This document shows positions 34,250 through 46,400 of a stretch of 64,000 nt of DNA, in pieces. This DNA comes from Macrostomum lignano. Taxonomy: Eukaryota. The stretch covers positions 434,001 through 498,000 of the forward strand of contig NIVC01000137.1 of assembly GCA_002269645.1 (NCBI GenBank), read 5' to 3'. The notes below the pieces were generated by a model. The model ran no database searches. It saw only the letters and a program-made list of their open reading frames with translations, and was not told the origin of the DNA. The translations under genes and the position numbers were made by a program. How positions within the stretch are numbered: the stretch's first letter is position 1; each line of letters starts with the position of its first letter.

Positions 34250-34640
34250 CTAGTTGGCTTCTAAACTTATGAAAGTCATTTCGGCTGCCTTTATTTTATC
34301 TTGTGTATTCTTCTTTGCTACTGAACTGAAAGTAGAAAGCTGTTTTACTAAGTATTTATGCCTGAGTGACCCATTCTAGTTATTCTAGTTATTCCAGTGG
34401 TCATACGAGCGTAGCTAGGCTACTCTAATAATCCAACTTACTACGAGCTACTTAATTAATGTGTACTGCATACATTCTGCCATTAAATTACTGTTCTTCC
34501 TTTTGGTATTGAGACGCCAAATTGCTACATATATAGCCAAATACACAGTAAGCACAGCAATTGATTAAACCAATAATTTTCAAACAATTACAAAAGTACG
34601 CTTTTCAGCTTACTACATCTTTAAAGATTATAGATGCGAA
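34250..34640 (+). repeat. dispersed repeat; left half matches ~2000-2150 and right half matches ~5519-5790
   Basis: gcttctaaactt...tactgaactgaaagta and ctaggctactctaataatc...gagacgccaaatt are shared with those regions. Confidence 0.7.
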
Positions 34641-35378
34641 CGAAAACGAATTTAAACGAGAAAGAAATCGGGAACGTAAGCAGGAAAGGTTTTACCAAAC
34701 TCAGCGACAGTGTAGCAAGTTAGCCCATCATATTATTTTCTTATTAATCAAAGTGCGTACTTTCCAGGCGTGGGATATTTCGTCAATTTCCCGTCAGTGA
34801 ACAGGAACATACGAAATATTGGAGAGCTTATCAGAATAATTATTAGTCAAATGTGGTTAAGCATTCAGCAGACTACGAGTATACTTTGAATTTCAGTATA
34901 AGATAGATTCTCCATTTTGCAGCGAGTTTAGAAAAAACTGAATCTAATGGAATTTACACAATGTTCTCTACTGTTCTGTATAAAACTGTATTTTTGTGCC
35001 AACTGCAGTATGTAGACCGGCTATAGGTTCTATAAAGTAAATTTACGAGTAGAGTGAGGAAATTGACAAACAGCGGAGAATAAAAAATTACTATTGTATT
35101 TACGTCTTTCTTTTTTAGGAAGTAAAATGACTTTTCTGAATTCTAGAAAGCCCTGAGAAGTTTGCATGCTTATGGCAATAGTGTGATTTTGTTTCGCAAA
35201 AGCCAATGGACTTCTTGCAGGTATAGCAATCAAACAAGCTATGAAGCTGCTTTGATCTACCAAGAAGGTAGTGTTTTTTATCTATGATACGAGCGTAGAA
35301 AATCTCTAAACAGTTTTGAAGATCCTTGTAATTTAGTGCGAGTAAATCGCTTTGTCAATGAAAAGTTTGTGCCACCAA

Positions 35379-35464
35379 TTTTTTAGAGGCAGAGGCCAGG
35401 CTGTGTGCCTCCTTGCGGACTTTAAGCAGCATTGTCACGCAACCGACGAGAGGCATTACTGCCT
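35379..35464 (-). mobile_element. diverged 3' fragment of the same SINE
   Basis: ttttttagaggcag...ctttaagc...caaccg.cgagaggcattactgcc. Confidence 0.75.
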
Positions 35465-35465
35465 T

Positions 35466-38110
35466 CATGGTTGACACGGCGCTTCTTCTATGGTTGACAT
35501 GGCGCTTCTTCTATGGTTGACATGGCGCTTCTTCTATGGTTGACATGGCGCTTCTTCTATGGTTGACATGGCGCTTCTTCTATGGTTGACAAGGCGCTTC
35601 TTCTATGGTTGACATGGCGCTTCTTCTATGGTTGACATGGCGCTTCTTCTATGGTTGACATGGCGCTTCTTCTATGGTTGACAAGGCGCTTCTTCTATGG
35701 TTGACATGGCGCTTCTTCTATGGTTGACATGGTGCTTCTTCTATGGTTGCCATGGCGCTTCTTCTATGGTTGCCATGGCGCTTCTTCTATGGTTGACATG
35801 GCGCTTCTTCTATGGTTGACATGGCGCTTCTTCTATGGTTGCCATGGTGCTTCTTCTATGGTTGACATGGCGCTTCTTCTATGGTTGACATGGCGCTTCT
35901 TCTATGGTTGACATGGTGCTTCTTCTATGGTTGACATGGCGCTTCTTCTATGGTTGACATGGCGCTTCTTCTATGGTTGACATAGCGGAATGGGCGACCC
36001 TCGCCTCCCCGCTGTGTCTACGGACCACCCTGCAGCTATGGTTGACAAGGCGCTTCTTCTATGGTTGACATGGTGCTTCTTCTATGGTTGACATGGCGCT
36101 TCTTCTATGGTTGACAAGGCGCTTCTTCTATGGTTGACATGGCGCTTCTTCTATGGTTGACATGGCGCTTCTTCTATGGTTGACATGGCGCTTCTTCTAT
36201 GGTTGACATGGCGCTTCTTCTATGGTTGACATGGCGCTTCTTCTATGGTTGACATGGCGCTTCTTCTATGGTTGACATGGCGCTTCTTCTATGGTTGACA
36301 TGGCGCTTCTTCTATGGTTGCCATGGCGCTTCTTCTATGGTTGACATGGCGCTTCTTCTATGGTTGACATGGCGCTTCTTCTATGGTTGACATGGCGCTT
36401 CTTCTATGGTTGACATGGCGCTTCTTCTATGGTTGACATGGCGCTTCTTCTATGGTTGACAAGGCGCTTCTTCTATGGTTGACATGGCGCTTCTTCTATG
36501 GTTGACATGGCGCTTCTTCTATGGTTGACATGGCGCTTCTTCTATGGTTGACAAGGCGCTTCTTCTATGGTTGACATGGCGCTTCTTCTATGGTTGACAT
36601 GGTGCTTCTTCTATGGTTGCCATGGCGCTTCTTCTATGGTTGCCATGGCGCTTCTTCTATGGTTGCCATGGCGCTTCTTCTATGGTTGACATGGCGCTTC
36701 TTCTATCGTTGACATGGCGCTTCTTCTTTTATGGTTGACATGGCGCTTTGTATATGGTTGACATGGCGCTTCTTCTATGGTTGCCATGGCGCTTCTTCTA
36801 TGGTTGCCATGGCGCTTCTTCTATGGTTGACATGGCGCTTCTTCTATGGTTGACATGGCGCTTCTTCTATGGTTGACATGGCGCTTCTTCTATGGTTGAC
36901 ATGGCGCTTCTTCTATGGTTGACAAGGCGCTTCTTCTATGGTTGACATGGCGCTTCTTCTATGGTTGACATGGCGCTTCTTCTATGGTTGACATGGCGCT
37001 TCTTCTATGGTTGACATGGCGCTTCTTCTATGGTTGACATGGCGCTTCTTCTATGGTTGACATGGCGCTTCTTCTATGGTTGACATGGCGCTTCTTCTAT
37101 GGTTGACATGGCGCTTCTTCTATGGTTGCCATGGCGCTTCTTCTATGGTTGACATGGCGCTTCTTCTATGGTTGACAAGGCGCTTCTTCTATGGTTGACA
37201 AGGCGCTTCTTCTATGGTTGACATGGCGCTTCTTCTATGGTTGACATGGCGCTTCTTCTATGGTTGACATGGCGCTTCTTCTATGGTTGACAAGGCGCTT
37301 CTTCTATGGTTGACAAGGCGCTTCTTCTATGGTTGACATGGCGCTTCTTCTATGGTTGACATGGCGCTTCTTCTATGGTTGACATGGCGCTTCTTCTATG
37401 GTTGACATGGCGCTTCTTCTATGGTTGACATGGCGCTTCTATGGTTGACATGGCGCTTTTTCTATGGTTGACATGGCGCTTTGTATATGGTTGACATGGC
37501 GCTTCTTCTATGGTTGCCATGGCGCTTCTTCTATGGTTGACATGGCGCTTCTTCTATCGTTGACATGGCGCTTTGTATATGGTTGACATGGCGCTTCTTC
37601 TATGGTTGCCATGGCGCTTCTTCTATGGTTGCCATGGCGCTTCTTCTATGGTTGACATGGCGCTTCTTCTATCGTTGACATGGCGCTTTGTATATGGTTG
37701 ACGTGGCGCTTCTTCTATGGTTGACATGGTGCGTCTTCTATGGTTGACATGGCGCTTCTTCTATGGTTGCCATGGCGCTTCTTCTATGGTTGCCATGGCG
37801 CTTCTTCTATGGTTGACAAGGCGCTTCTTCTATGGTTGACATGGCGCTTCTTCTATGGTTGACATGGCGCTTCTTCTATGGTTGACATGGCGCTTCTTCT
37901 ATGGTTGACATGGCGCTTCTTCTATGGTTGACATGGCGCTTCTTCTATGGTTGACATGGCGCTTCTTCTATGGTTGACATGGCGCTTCTTCTATGGTTGA
38001 CAAGGCGCTTCTTCTATGGTTGACATGGCGCTTCTTCTATGGTTGACATGGCGCTTCTTCTATGGTTGACATGGCGCTTCTTCTATGGTTGACATGGCGC
38101 TTCTTCTATG
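35466..38110. repeat. 23-bp satellite (CTATGGTTGACATGGCGCTTCTT), ~115 copies
   Basis: Direct inspection; one 53-bp interruption at 35984-36036; decayed units to ~38160. Confidence 0.97.
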
Positions 38111-38580
38111 TTTTACATGACGCTTTTTAGTTAACATGACGCATTTTGGTTCACATGGTGATTCCTTTTTCTTTCTTTTGTTATGCTTCTCCTTCTCGGG
38201 TTCTTGAAGATGATCCTAGAAATAGAACCCGCTGCTCCTGAAGTAGCTAGATAGCACCGTTGTACTACCTATCGATTTGCCTGAAAATGAACCTAAAACG
38301 TTAGCCTTGACTTGGTAGGGCTGCTGCCACCTTGGTGTGCGGACTCGACGCGTCGGCAGAGTTGTCTATCCGTCACCTGAAATAAAATAACGAAGTCGCT
38401 CGGAGCAAAGGCAAATCTGAAAATTGTCTCGACAGTCGATCGTCTTAGTAGAATGCTGCTCGAACCTGAAAACCTGAAAAACCTGAAATGAGAGAGGAGA
38501 GCTCGGAGAAGGCTTCACGAGTCATCCACGATGCTCCGCGAGACGACGCAGGTCTGGAGAAAATGGCTCGCAGATGCTCC

Positions 38581-38777
38581 GTATTTATAGCCGAGCGGAC
38601 CCCCAAAAGTCACGTGAGTTTCATGCGGTGAGCGCGTGAAACTTCCTTATTTGGTCACTAAAATCATGCGAGCGACGCGTGATTCAAGGCCAACTTCCAA
38701 ATAAGGCAACCCTGTCACGCAGCAGTGGCGTGACTCAAGGTCAGTGGCCACGCACAGTGTGCGTGCACAGTCACGTG
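38581..38777 (-). promoter_or_regulatory. putative Pol II promoter: TATA, 2 ETS-CArG composites, AP-1, 2 E-boxes
   Basis: CTATAAATAC (38581-90, minus); ACTTCCTTATTTGG (38641-54); ACTTCCAAATAAGG (38693-706); TGACTCA (38731-37); CACGTG (38611 and 38772). Confidence 0.5.
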
Positions 38778-38804
38778 CTTTTCTGTGCTAAAAAAAGAAC
38801 ATGG

Positions 38805-38982
38805 AGAGAGAGATGCTAAGATAGAGATGCTAAGAGAGAGAGAGATGCTAAGAGACAGGGATGCTAAGAGACAGAGATGCTAAGAGACAGAGATGCTAAG
38901 AGACAGAGATGCTAAGAGAGAGAGAGAGATGCTAAGAGAGAGAGATGCTAAGAGAGATGCTGAGAGAGAGATGCTAAGAGAG
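38805..38982. repeat. (GA)n-TGCTAA minisatellite
   Basis: gagagagatgctaa / gagacagagatgctaa units. Confidence 0.85.
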
Positions 38983-40413
38983 AAGCCAGTATTTCTCTCA
39001 AAAGCCACCTCTGCATTTGTGCTGCGAAAAGTAACAATAACTTGGTTGAAAGTCATCTTTTATTTCGTTGAAAAGCTTAGAAACATTTTAAGCAAGCTTA
39101 CGTTAAACATCACTTCTTCAAGAAAAAACTCCTAAAGGATTTCTGGAAGCTGCCACTGAAGTGGGAGAGAAAAGTTTTAGCAAAATGGCTTTTATATGCA
39201 CTCATTAAAGTATTTCAGCGCTTTTCTACGGTTTATTTATCTAGATGATTTAGAACGGAAATTGATCCATTGTTCCCGAATAGCTTGACTGGGTGGAAAT
39301 TCCCGTCAAACAGAATTCTAACCAATGTGAGTTGAATTCAGTTGACAGTTGTGACAGTTTTATTGTTTATAAATGTGTTTTGTCTTTTTATCGTCTTCAA
39401 GTAGGTCTAGCTACCTTGTTTCGTCATGTATTTCTCCTTATACCGATATTATCAATTTTTCCATAATTTTTTGAATTCGATATATTTTTATTTAAATCGT
39501 TAAACTTAACTCCATTTTTTTTCAAATTCGTTCGTCAGGCAGATACGAGCGCATGGCCAGCTATTGAAGTTGCATGGACAGTGCGTTTAACAATACTCAG
39601 TCTTTTCAGTGATATTCCTGAAGTTTTAAAGATAAAGTCTCCCTTAAAATCAACTGCAATACTTTATTCAGTCAAGCAAAAGCCTCTCATTGCAACCTAA
39701 ACAGCCAAATATACACTGCAGTAATGTGCCAATACACTATAGCTTCCAATAATAAAAAACTCGAGCAATCAAGAATAATTTTTTTTAATTTACTTCTTCC
39801 ACTTCTGGTTTTCGAAATACGGTTTACAACTCAAACTCCCGCGTCAATGTGGAAAACTAAATATAGCAAATACACTTTAACAAGCGCTGATTTATAAAAT
39901 GAAGAACACAAGAAACAGTTATTGAAGCATTCGATATTATCTGTGCTGATTTTGTTTTTATAGTGATGCGCCAGAAGAGGTTAAAAAAGAAATTAATAAA
40001 TTTATTTTTTCATCGGACTGAATGTCTTTCAAAATTAAAATACACTATAATTTCCAGAAAGCCGATGATAAGAGATATGCTATTTTAGTGGGTTTTTCAG
40101 TAATGAGGCGAGAGCAAGGCGGTGGTTCAACTGGTTAATGGGTTTATAGAATAATGTTATTGGAATCTAGAAAAGATTCGTGAAGAGATTCCAGCTGAGC
40201 TGCTGTATATTTATAATGTTGAAATGCTCTTCCGGAAAGTTCTAGAAATATATAATGCATTAAAACAAAATGGTTGTTAAGAAAATACTGCTAGTTATTT
40301 ATCGCTATCGTTTTACCCACAGACTGCGAATACTCGTTAATTATTAAATATATTGAAATGCAGTAAATGGGAAATTGCTTCAGACACAGAACTTTCTAGA
40401 AAACGTACAAATA

Positions 40414-41204
40414 GAAATTTCTCAAATGTCACTACAACAGTCCCCCGCGGAAGACGGAGTCCCTATGGAAAAGTACAGTATCTATGGTTTGAAAATATGC
40501 GATGAAATGCGGTACTTAGGATAAGTTACTGTCAATTCGAATGGATTTGGCGATGGAGTCTGGTGTGATGGCGATTGATCCACTTGTGTCCTCGACTGGT
40601 GCTCCCGGTTGGCGGATTGTCGGACGTGGGACCAAACTGGGTGCTGCCGGATGCAGACAGACGACACCCTGGATGAGGTGCACCGGAGAAAGGCGGGTTG
40701 TCGCTCTGCGGCCGAGGGTACCAGGCGAAGCGCACGAGACGGATGTCGATGTTGATGGTTTTGTGGTGATGATTGCTGGCTGAATGTGGTGATGTCGTTT
40801 CGCGGTAGATGTGTCGAATGGAACGGCGGCTGGTCCACTCGTGTGTCCTCCTGCGTTGCTCCAGAATGGCGGAATGGCGCTGGGGCTGGTGCGACCTACG
40901 GAAGTTGCCGAGTTGCAGACAGACGACTCCCTGGACTACGGCGGGGGACGACGGCGGGCAGTCGCTCTGCGGCTGGGCAGCACAGAGGGAGCGCATGAGA
41001 TGGGCCGGAAGCTGCTTATTTTATGTGCCCGCGCTTTAAATGGTTCTTATTTTATTTAATCAAAAGTAAGAAGTATGGAGAAGAAGTAAGGAAGTAGTAA
41101 GGAAGTAAAGATTATCCGCTGTGGGCACCGTATACTTATAGCCATCAGGAGCATCGCCGGAAACTTCGCCGGAAAACGCCGGAAATTTCTCAAATGTCAC
41201 TACA
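40414..41204 (-). mobile_element. internally deleted LTR-retrotransposon remnant
   Basis: 23-bp direct repeat starting TGTAGTGACATTTG (minus) at 41182-41204 and 40414-40436. A PPT-like GGGGGA precedes the left copy; TATA and AATAAA follow the right copy; a P/S-rich pol-tail-like sequence lies between. Confidence 0.5.
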
Positions 41205-41774
41205 CTATATGTAGACATCGAATTTTTTAATTATGAATATAACAAAGTACAACGATTAAGTTACTTAAAAAGAAACAAATATAAACGTAGCATGGAAATA
41301 GATTCTGGACAACACTTGAAGATGAAAGTTGAAAAAATATTATCTGGATATTACGGGAAACTATTGATAATACACATTATAATTACGAGCTATTTTATGC
41401 CGTTAAACATTGAAAAGAACGTGATCTAAGAATAAAAATATCCCATTCGCTAACTTTTTTTAACAGGATATTTATAATAAAATAAAACATCGTTCAAGAA
41501 AACTTTCGTGTTCAGTAAACACATCGTTTTCTAGAGTCTAGTTCAGAAATTTCGAAATCAATTAACTCACTGCATTATGGTAGATAGGATGCGATTATAA
41601 ATTTAGTTTTTCACAAAGACTAAACAGTATCTATAACAGCTTTCGGTTTTCGGTTCTACTTAAACAGCAATAGAAAAAAGAAAAGAAAATCGCATATGGT
41701 TAAAAATTGATTGTGAAAATTTGTTTCAACTGACATGGCCTTTCTCGATCTGGACTGCTGTTAATTTTAATTTC

Positions 41775-42524
41775 TCAGTACACGCTGAACTTGACCCAGT
41801 CGGCAGTCGTCTCGATCTCCTCCTCCACCTGAGCGTCGGTGAACAGCAGCAGGCGGCAGGCTCTCAGCTTGCTGTTGTACAGCACGTGTCTGCAGTTGCC
41901 AGAGTTGATGGCAGCCGCCATGCACTGCAGAGAGTTGGCCACCTGCAGCAGGTCAGAGTAGCAGTACTCAGTGCTGGCGTGGTAGCTGGTCTGCTTGAAC
42001 CGAGTCAGCTTCCACGAGGCAGCAGTTGGCAGCGGCTGAGCGGCACCCGGAGTCCACTCGCAAGCGAATCCGGCTGAGCGAGAACAAGGGTAGTTTCCGA
42101 TTTTTCCATGCGACAAATGTGTTACGCAGCTTTCACCGGTGCCTCTGTTTGGCTCAGATGACCTATCCCACAGTGAGTCATTCAGCGGCATGACGCCATT
42201 GCCATTGATCATCTGCCAGCCCGATCTGCTCGAAAACCTCTCGTCAGCCAAGTCGGTCACTCCAAACCAGATGTAGCAGATTCTGCAGGCGAAACTCGGC
42301 ATGCTGCTGAGCAGCTGCAGAGAGCTGTACGAGTTGAGCAGCTCGCCTCCGATCATGGCGCACTGCCGGTTGGCCTCGCACCAGCTGAAGCTCCGCGATT
42401 TATTCACAAATAAGCACTTTCCCGCTTCAAGGCTGAACGGCGAGGGGCACAGCTGGGCCAGGGCTGACAGCAGCTGGCTGTCCAAAAAGGCGAGAAGGAA
42501 CACCATGAGAGACTTGGACTCCAT
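41775..42524 (-). CDS. secreted C-type lectin domain + PAN/Apple-like domain protein
   Basis: Signal peptide MESKSLMVFLLAFL..; CTLD features C..C, SWCEA..C..IGGEL, IWFG, W...EPN..C..PC..FACE; C-terminal CY...QCMAAA..C..VLYN..CRLL. Confidence 0.85.
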   Translation of the reverse strand: MESKSLMVFLLAFLDSQLLSALAQLCPSPFSLEAGKCLFVNKSRSFSWCEANRQCAMIGGELLNSYSSLQLLSSMPSFACRICYIWFGVTDLADERFSSRSGWQMINGNGVMPLNDSLWDRSSEPNRGTGESCVTHLSHGKIGNYPCSRSAGFACEWTPGAAQPLPTAASWKLTRFKQTSYHASTEYCYSDLLQVANSLQCMAAAINSGNCRHVLYNSKLRACRLLLFTDAQVEEEIETTADWVKFSVY

Positions 42525-42713
42525 GACAAGCATGGCATGTAGGAATCGTTGAAACATGCACACGCCTAAAAATCACAGGCTGTAGCCAGATCTTTCTCAG
42601 TCAGCTTTTTATACGTGTGCATCGGATTTCTAATTATAAAAGGTTTTCGATGGTATTGTCTTTACTCTACTCCCATTGGACATGCTAGGATTTGAAATCT
42701 TAGCAACGCTGCA

Positions 42714-43233
42714 CAGGGGTGGATTTAGGGGGCGGGGCGGGGGACTGCCGCCCACCCTCCCCCCCCCCGCCACATTGTGGCTGTCGATGATGGCGCCCCT
42801 GATTAAAGCCAAAAAAGGTTCTAACCGCCCTCAGTTTGCTCAGAATGGCGCCCCTCAGGTGTATTATGGCACCCCTCTAGTGTATTATGGCGCCCCTCTA
42901 GTGTATTATGGCGCCCCTCTAGTGTATTATGGCGCCCCTCTGGTGTATTATGGCGCCCGTCTATTGTATTATGGCGCCCCTCTAGTGTATCATGGCGCCC
43001 GTCTATTGTATTATGGCGCCCCTCCAGTGTATTATGGCGCCCCTCTAGTGTATTATGGCGCCCGTCTATTGTATTATGGCGCCCCTCTATTGTATTATGG
43101 CGCCCCTCTATTGTATTATGGCGCCCCTCTATTGTATTATGGCGCCCCTCTAGTGTATCATGGCGCCCCTCTAGTGTATCATGGCGCCCCTCTAGTGTAT
43201 TATGGCGCCCCTCTAGTGTATTATGGCGCTGCA
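42714..43233 (+). mobile_element. hAT-type MITE remnant containing a 21-bp array (TGTATTATGGCGCCCCTCTAG, ~17-18 copies, 42860-43230)
   Basis: Begins CAGGGGTGGAT, like the MITE at 47847; flanked by direct repeat CGCTGCA (42707-13, 43227-33); right TIR absent. Confidence 0.6.
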
Positions 43234-43464
43234 ACCTCAGCTGGTGAAATCTTACAGTTTTTCCAGTTACAAAGAAGTTGAGTTCAAGTGGTTGAGCCTA
43301 TCAATATTTTTAGATCACCTACACGTGTGAGCTTCCTAACTGTGCAAAACGTACTTCTATTTCAATGCATCCGATGTAAGCATTCTGTCTCAAAGTAGGT
43401 GGAATACTAACACAAAGATAAATATTTTTTGTACTGAGATTACCAACATTTGTTACATTGGATT

Positions 43465-46400
43465 CTAATCAGAGAATGCTAATCAGAGAATGCTAACCAG
43501 AGAATGCTAACCAGAGAATGCTAATCAGAGAATGCTAATCAGAGAATGCAAATCAGAGAATACTAATCAGAGAATGCTAATCAGAGAATGCTAATCAGAG
43601 AATGCTAATCAGAGAATGCTAATCAGAGAATGCTAATCAGAGAATGCTAATCAGAGAATGCTAATCAGAGAATGCTAATCAGAGAATGCTGATCAGAGAA
43701 TGCTAATCAGAGAACGCTAGCCAGAGGATGCTAATCAGAGAATGCTAATCAGAGAATGCTGATCAGAGAATGCTAATCAGAGAATGCTAATCAGAGAATG
43801 CTGATCAGAGAATGCTAATCAGAGAATGCTAATCAGAGAATGCTGATCAGAGAATGCTAATCAGAGAATGCTAATCAGAGAATGCTAATCAGAGAATGCT
43901 AATCAGAGAATGCTGATCAGAGAATGCTAATCAGAGAACGCTAGCCAGAGGATGCTAATCAGAGAATGCTAATCAGAGAATGCTGATCAGAGAATGCTAA
44001 TCAGAGAATGCTAATCAGAGAATGCTGATCAGAGAATGCTAATCAGAGAATGCTAATCAGAGAATGCTGATCAGAGAATGCTAATCAGCGAATGCTGATC
44101 AGAGAATGCTAATCAGAGAGTGCTAATCAGAGAATGCTAATCAGAGAATACTAATCAGAGAATGCTAATCAGAGAATGCTAATCAGAGAATGCTAATCAG
44201 AGAATGCTCATCAGAGAACGCTAGCCAGAGGATGCTAATCAGAGAATGCTAATCAGTGAATGCTAATCAGAGAACGCTAGCCAGAGGATGCTAATCAGAG
44301 AATGCTAATCAGAGAACGCTAGCCAGAGGATGCTAATCAGAGAATGCTAATCAGAGAATGCTAATCAGAGAATGCTGATCAGAGAATGCTGATCAGAGAA
44401 TGATAATCAGAGAATGCTGATCAGAGAATGCTGATCAGAGAATGATAATCAGAGAATGCTGATCAGAGAATGCTAATCAGAGAGTGCTAATCAGAGAATG
44501 CTAATCAGAGAATACTAATCAGAGAATGCTAATCAGAGAATGCTGATCAGAGAATGCTAATCAGAGAATGCTAATCAGAGAACGCTAGCCAGAGGATGCT
44601 AATCAGAGAATGCTAATCAGTGAATGCTAATCAGAGAACGCTAGCCAGAGGATGCTAATCAGAGAATGCTAATCAGAGAACGCTAGCCAGAGGATGCTAA
44701 TCAGAGAATGCTAATCAGAGAATGCTAATCAGAGAATGCTAATCAGAGAATGCTAGCCAGAGAATGCTGATCAGAGAATGATAATCAGAGAATGCTGATC
44801 AGAGAATGCTGATCAGAGAATGATAATCAGAGAATGCTGATCAGAGAATGCTAATCAGAGAGTGCTAATCAGAGAATGCTAATCAGAGAATACTAATCAG
44901 AGAATGCTAATCAGAGAATGCTAATCAGAGAATGCTAATCAGAGAATGCTAATCAGAGAACGCTAGCCAGAGGATGCTAATCAGAGAATGCTAATCAGTG
45001 AATGCTAATCAGAGAACGCTAGCCAGAGGATGCTAATCAGAGAATGCTAATCAGAGAACGCTAGCCAGAGGATGCTAATCAGAGAATGCTAATCAGAGAA
45101 TGCTAATCAGAGAATGCTAATCAGAGAATGCTAATCAGAGAATGCTAGCCAGAGAATGCTAATCAGAGAATGCTAATCAGAGAATGCTAACCAGAGAATG
45201 CTAATCAGAGAATGCTAGCCAGAGAATGCTAATCAGAGAATGCTAATCAGAGAGTGCTAATCAGAGAGTGCTAATCAGAGAATGCTGATCAGAGAATGCT
45301 AATCAGAGAATGCTAATCAGAGAACGCTAGCCAGAGAATGCTAATCAGAGAGTGCTAATCAGAGAGTGCTAATCAGAGAATGCTGATCAGAGAATGCTAA
45401 TCAGTGAATGCTAATCAGAGAACGCTAGCCAGAGGATGCTAATCAGAGAATGCTAATCAGAGAACGCTAGCCAGAGGATGCTAATCAGAGAATGCTAATC
45501 AGAGAATGCTAATCAGAGAATGCTAGCCAGAGGATGCTAATCAGAGAATGCTAATCAGAGAATGCTAATCAGAGAATGCTAATCAGAGAATGCTAATCAG
45601 AGAATGCTAGCCAGAGGATGCTAATCAGAGAATGCTAATCAGAGAATGCTAATCAGAGAACGCTAGCCAGAGAATGCTAATCAGAGAGTGCTAATCAGAG
45701 AGTGCTAATCAGAGAATGCTGATCAGAGAATGCTAATCAGTGAATGCTAATCAGAGAACGCTAGCCAGAGGATGCTAATCAGAGAATGCTAATCAGAGAA
45801 CGCTAGCCAGAGGATGCTAATCAGAGAATGCTAATCAGAGAATGCTAATCAGAGAATGCTGATCAGAGAATGCTAATCAGAGAGTGCTAATCAGAGAATG
45901 CTAATCAGAGAATACTAATCAGAGAATGCTAATCAGAGAATGCTAATCAGAGAATGCTAATCAGAGAATGCTCATCAGAGAACGCTAGCCAGAGGATGCT
46001 AATCAGAGAATGCTAATCAGTGAATGCTAATCAGAGAACGCTAGCCAGAGGATGCTAATCAGAGAATGCTAATCAGAGAACGCTAGCCAGAGGATGCTAA
46101 TCAGAGAATGCTAATCAGAGAATGCTAATCAGAGAATGCTGATCAGAGAATGCTGATCAGAGAATGATAATCAGAGAATGCTGATCAGAGAATGCTGATC
46201 AGAGAATGATAATCAGAGAATGCTGATCAGAGAATGCTAATCAGAGAGTGCTAATCAGAGAATGCTAATCAGAGAATACTAATCAGAGAATGCTAATCAG
46301 AGAATGCTGATCAGAGAATGCTAATCAGAGAATGCTAATCAGAGAACGCTAGCCAGAGGATGCTAATCAGAGAATGCTAATCAGTGAATGCTAATCAGAG

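Noticed and set aside
35720-35911. ORF in the 23-bp satellite (also 38893-39135)
   Set aside because: Repeat-derived, with no coding signal.
35466-38110. CRISPR-like reading of the 23-bp array with one spacer
   Set aside because: Units are head-to-tail without spacers, there are no cas genes and the context is eukaryotic.
42676-43281. ORFs (YYGAPLV)n and (RHNTLEG)n
   Set aside because: By-products of a stop-free 21-bp array inside a MITE.
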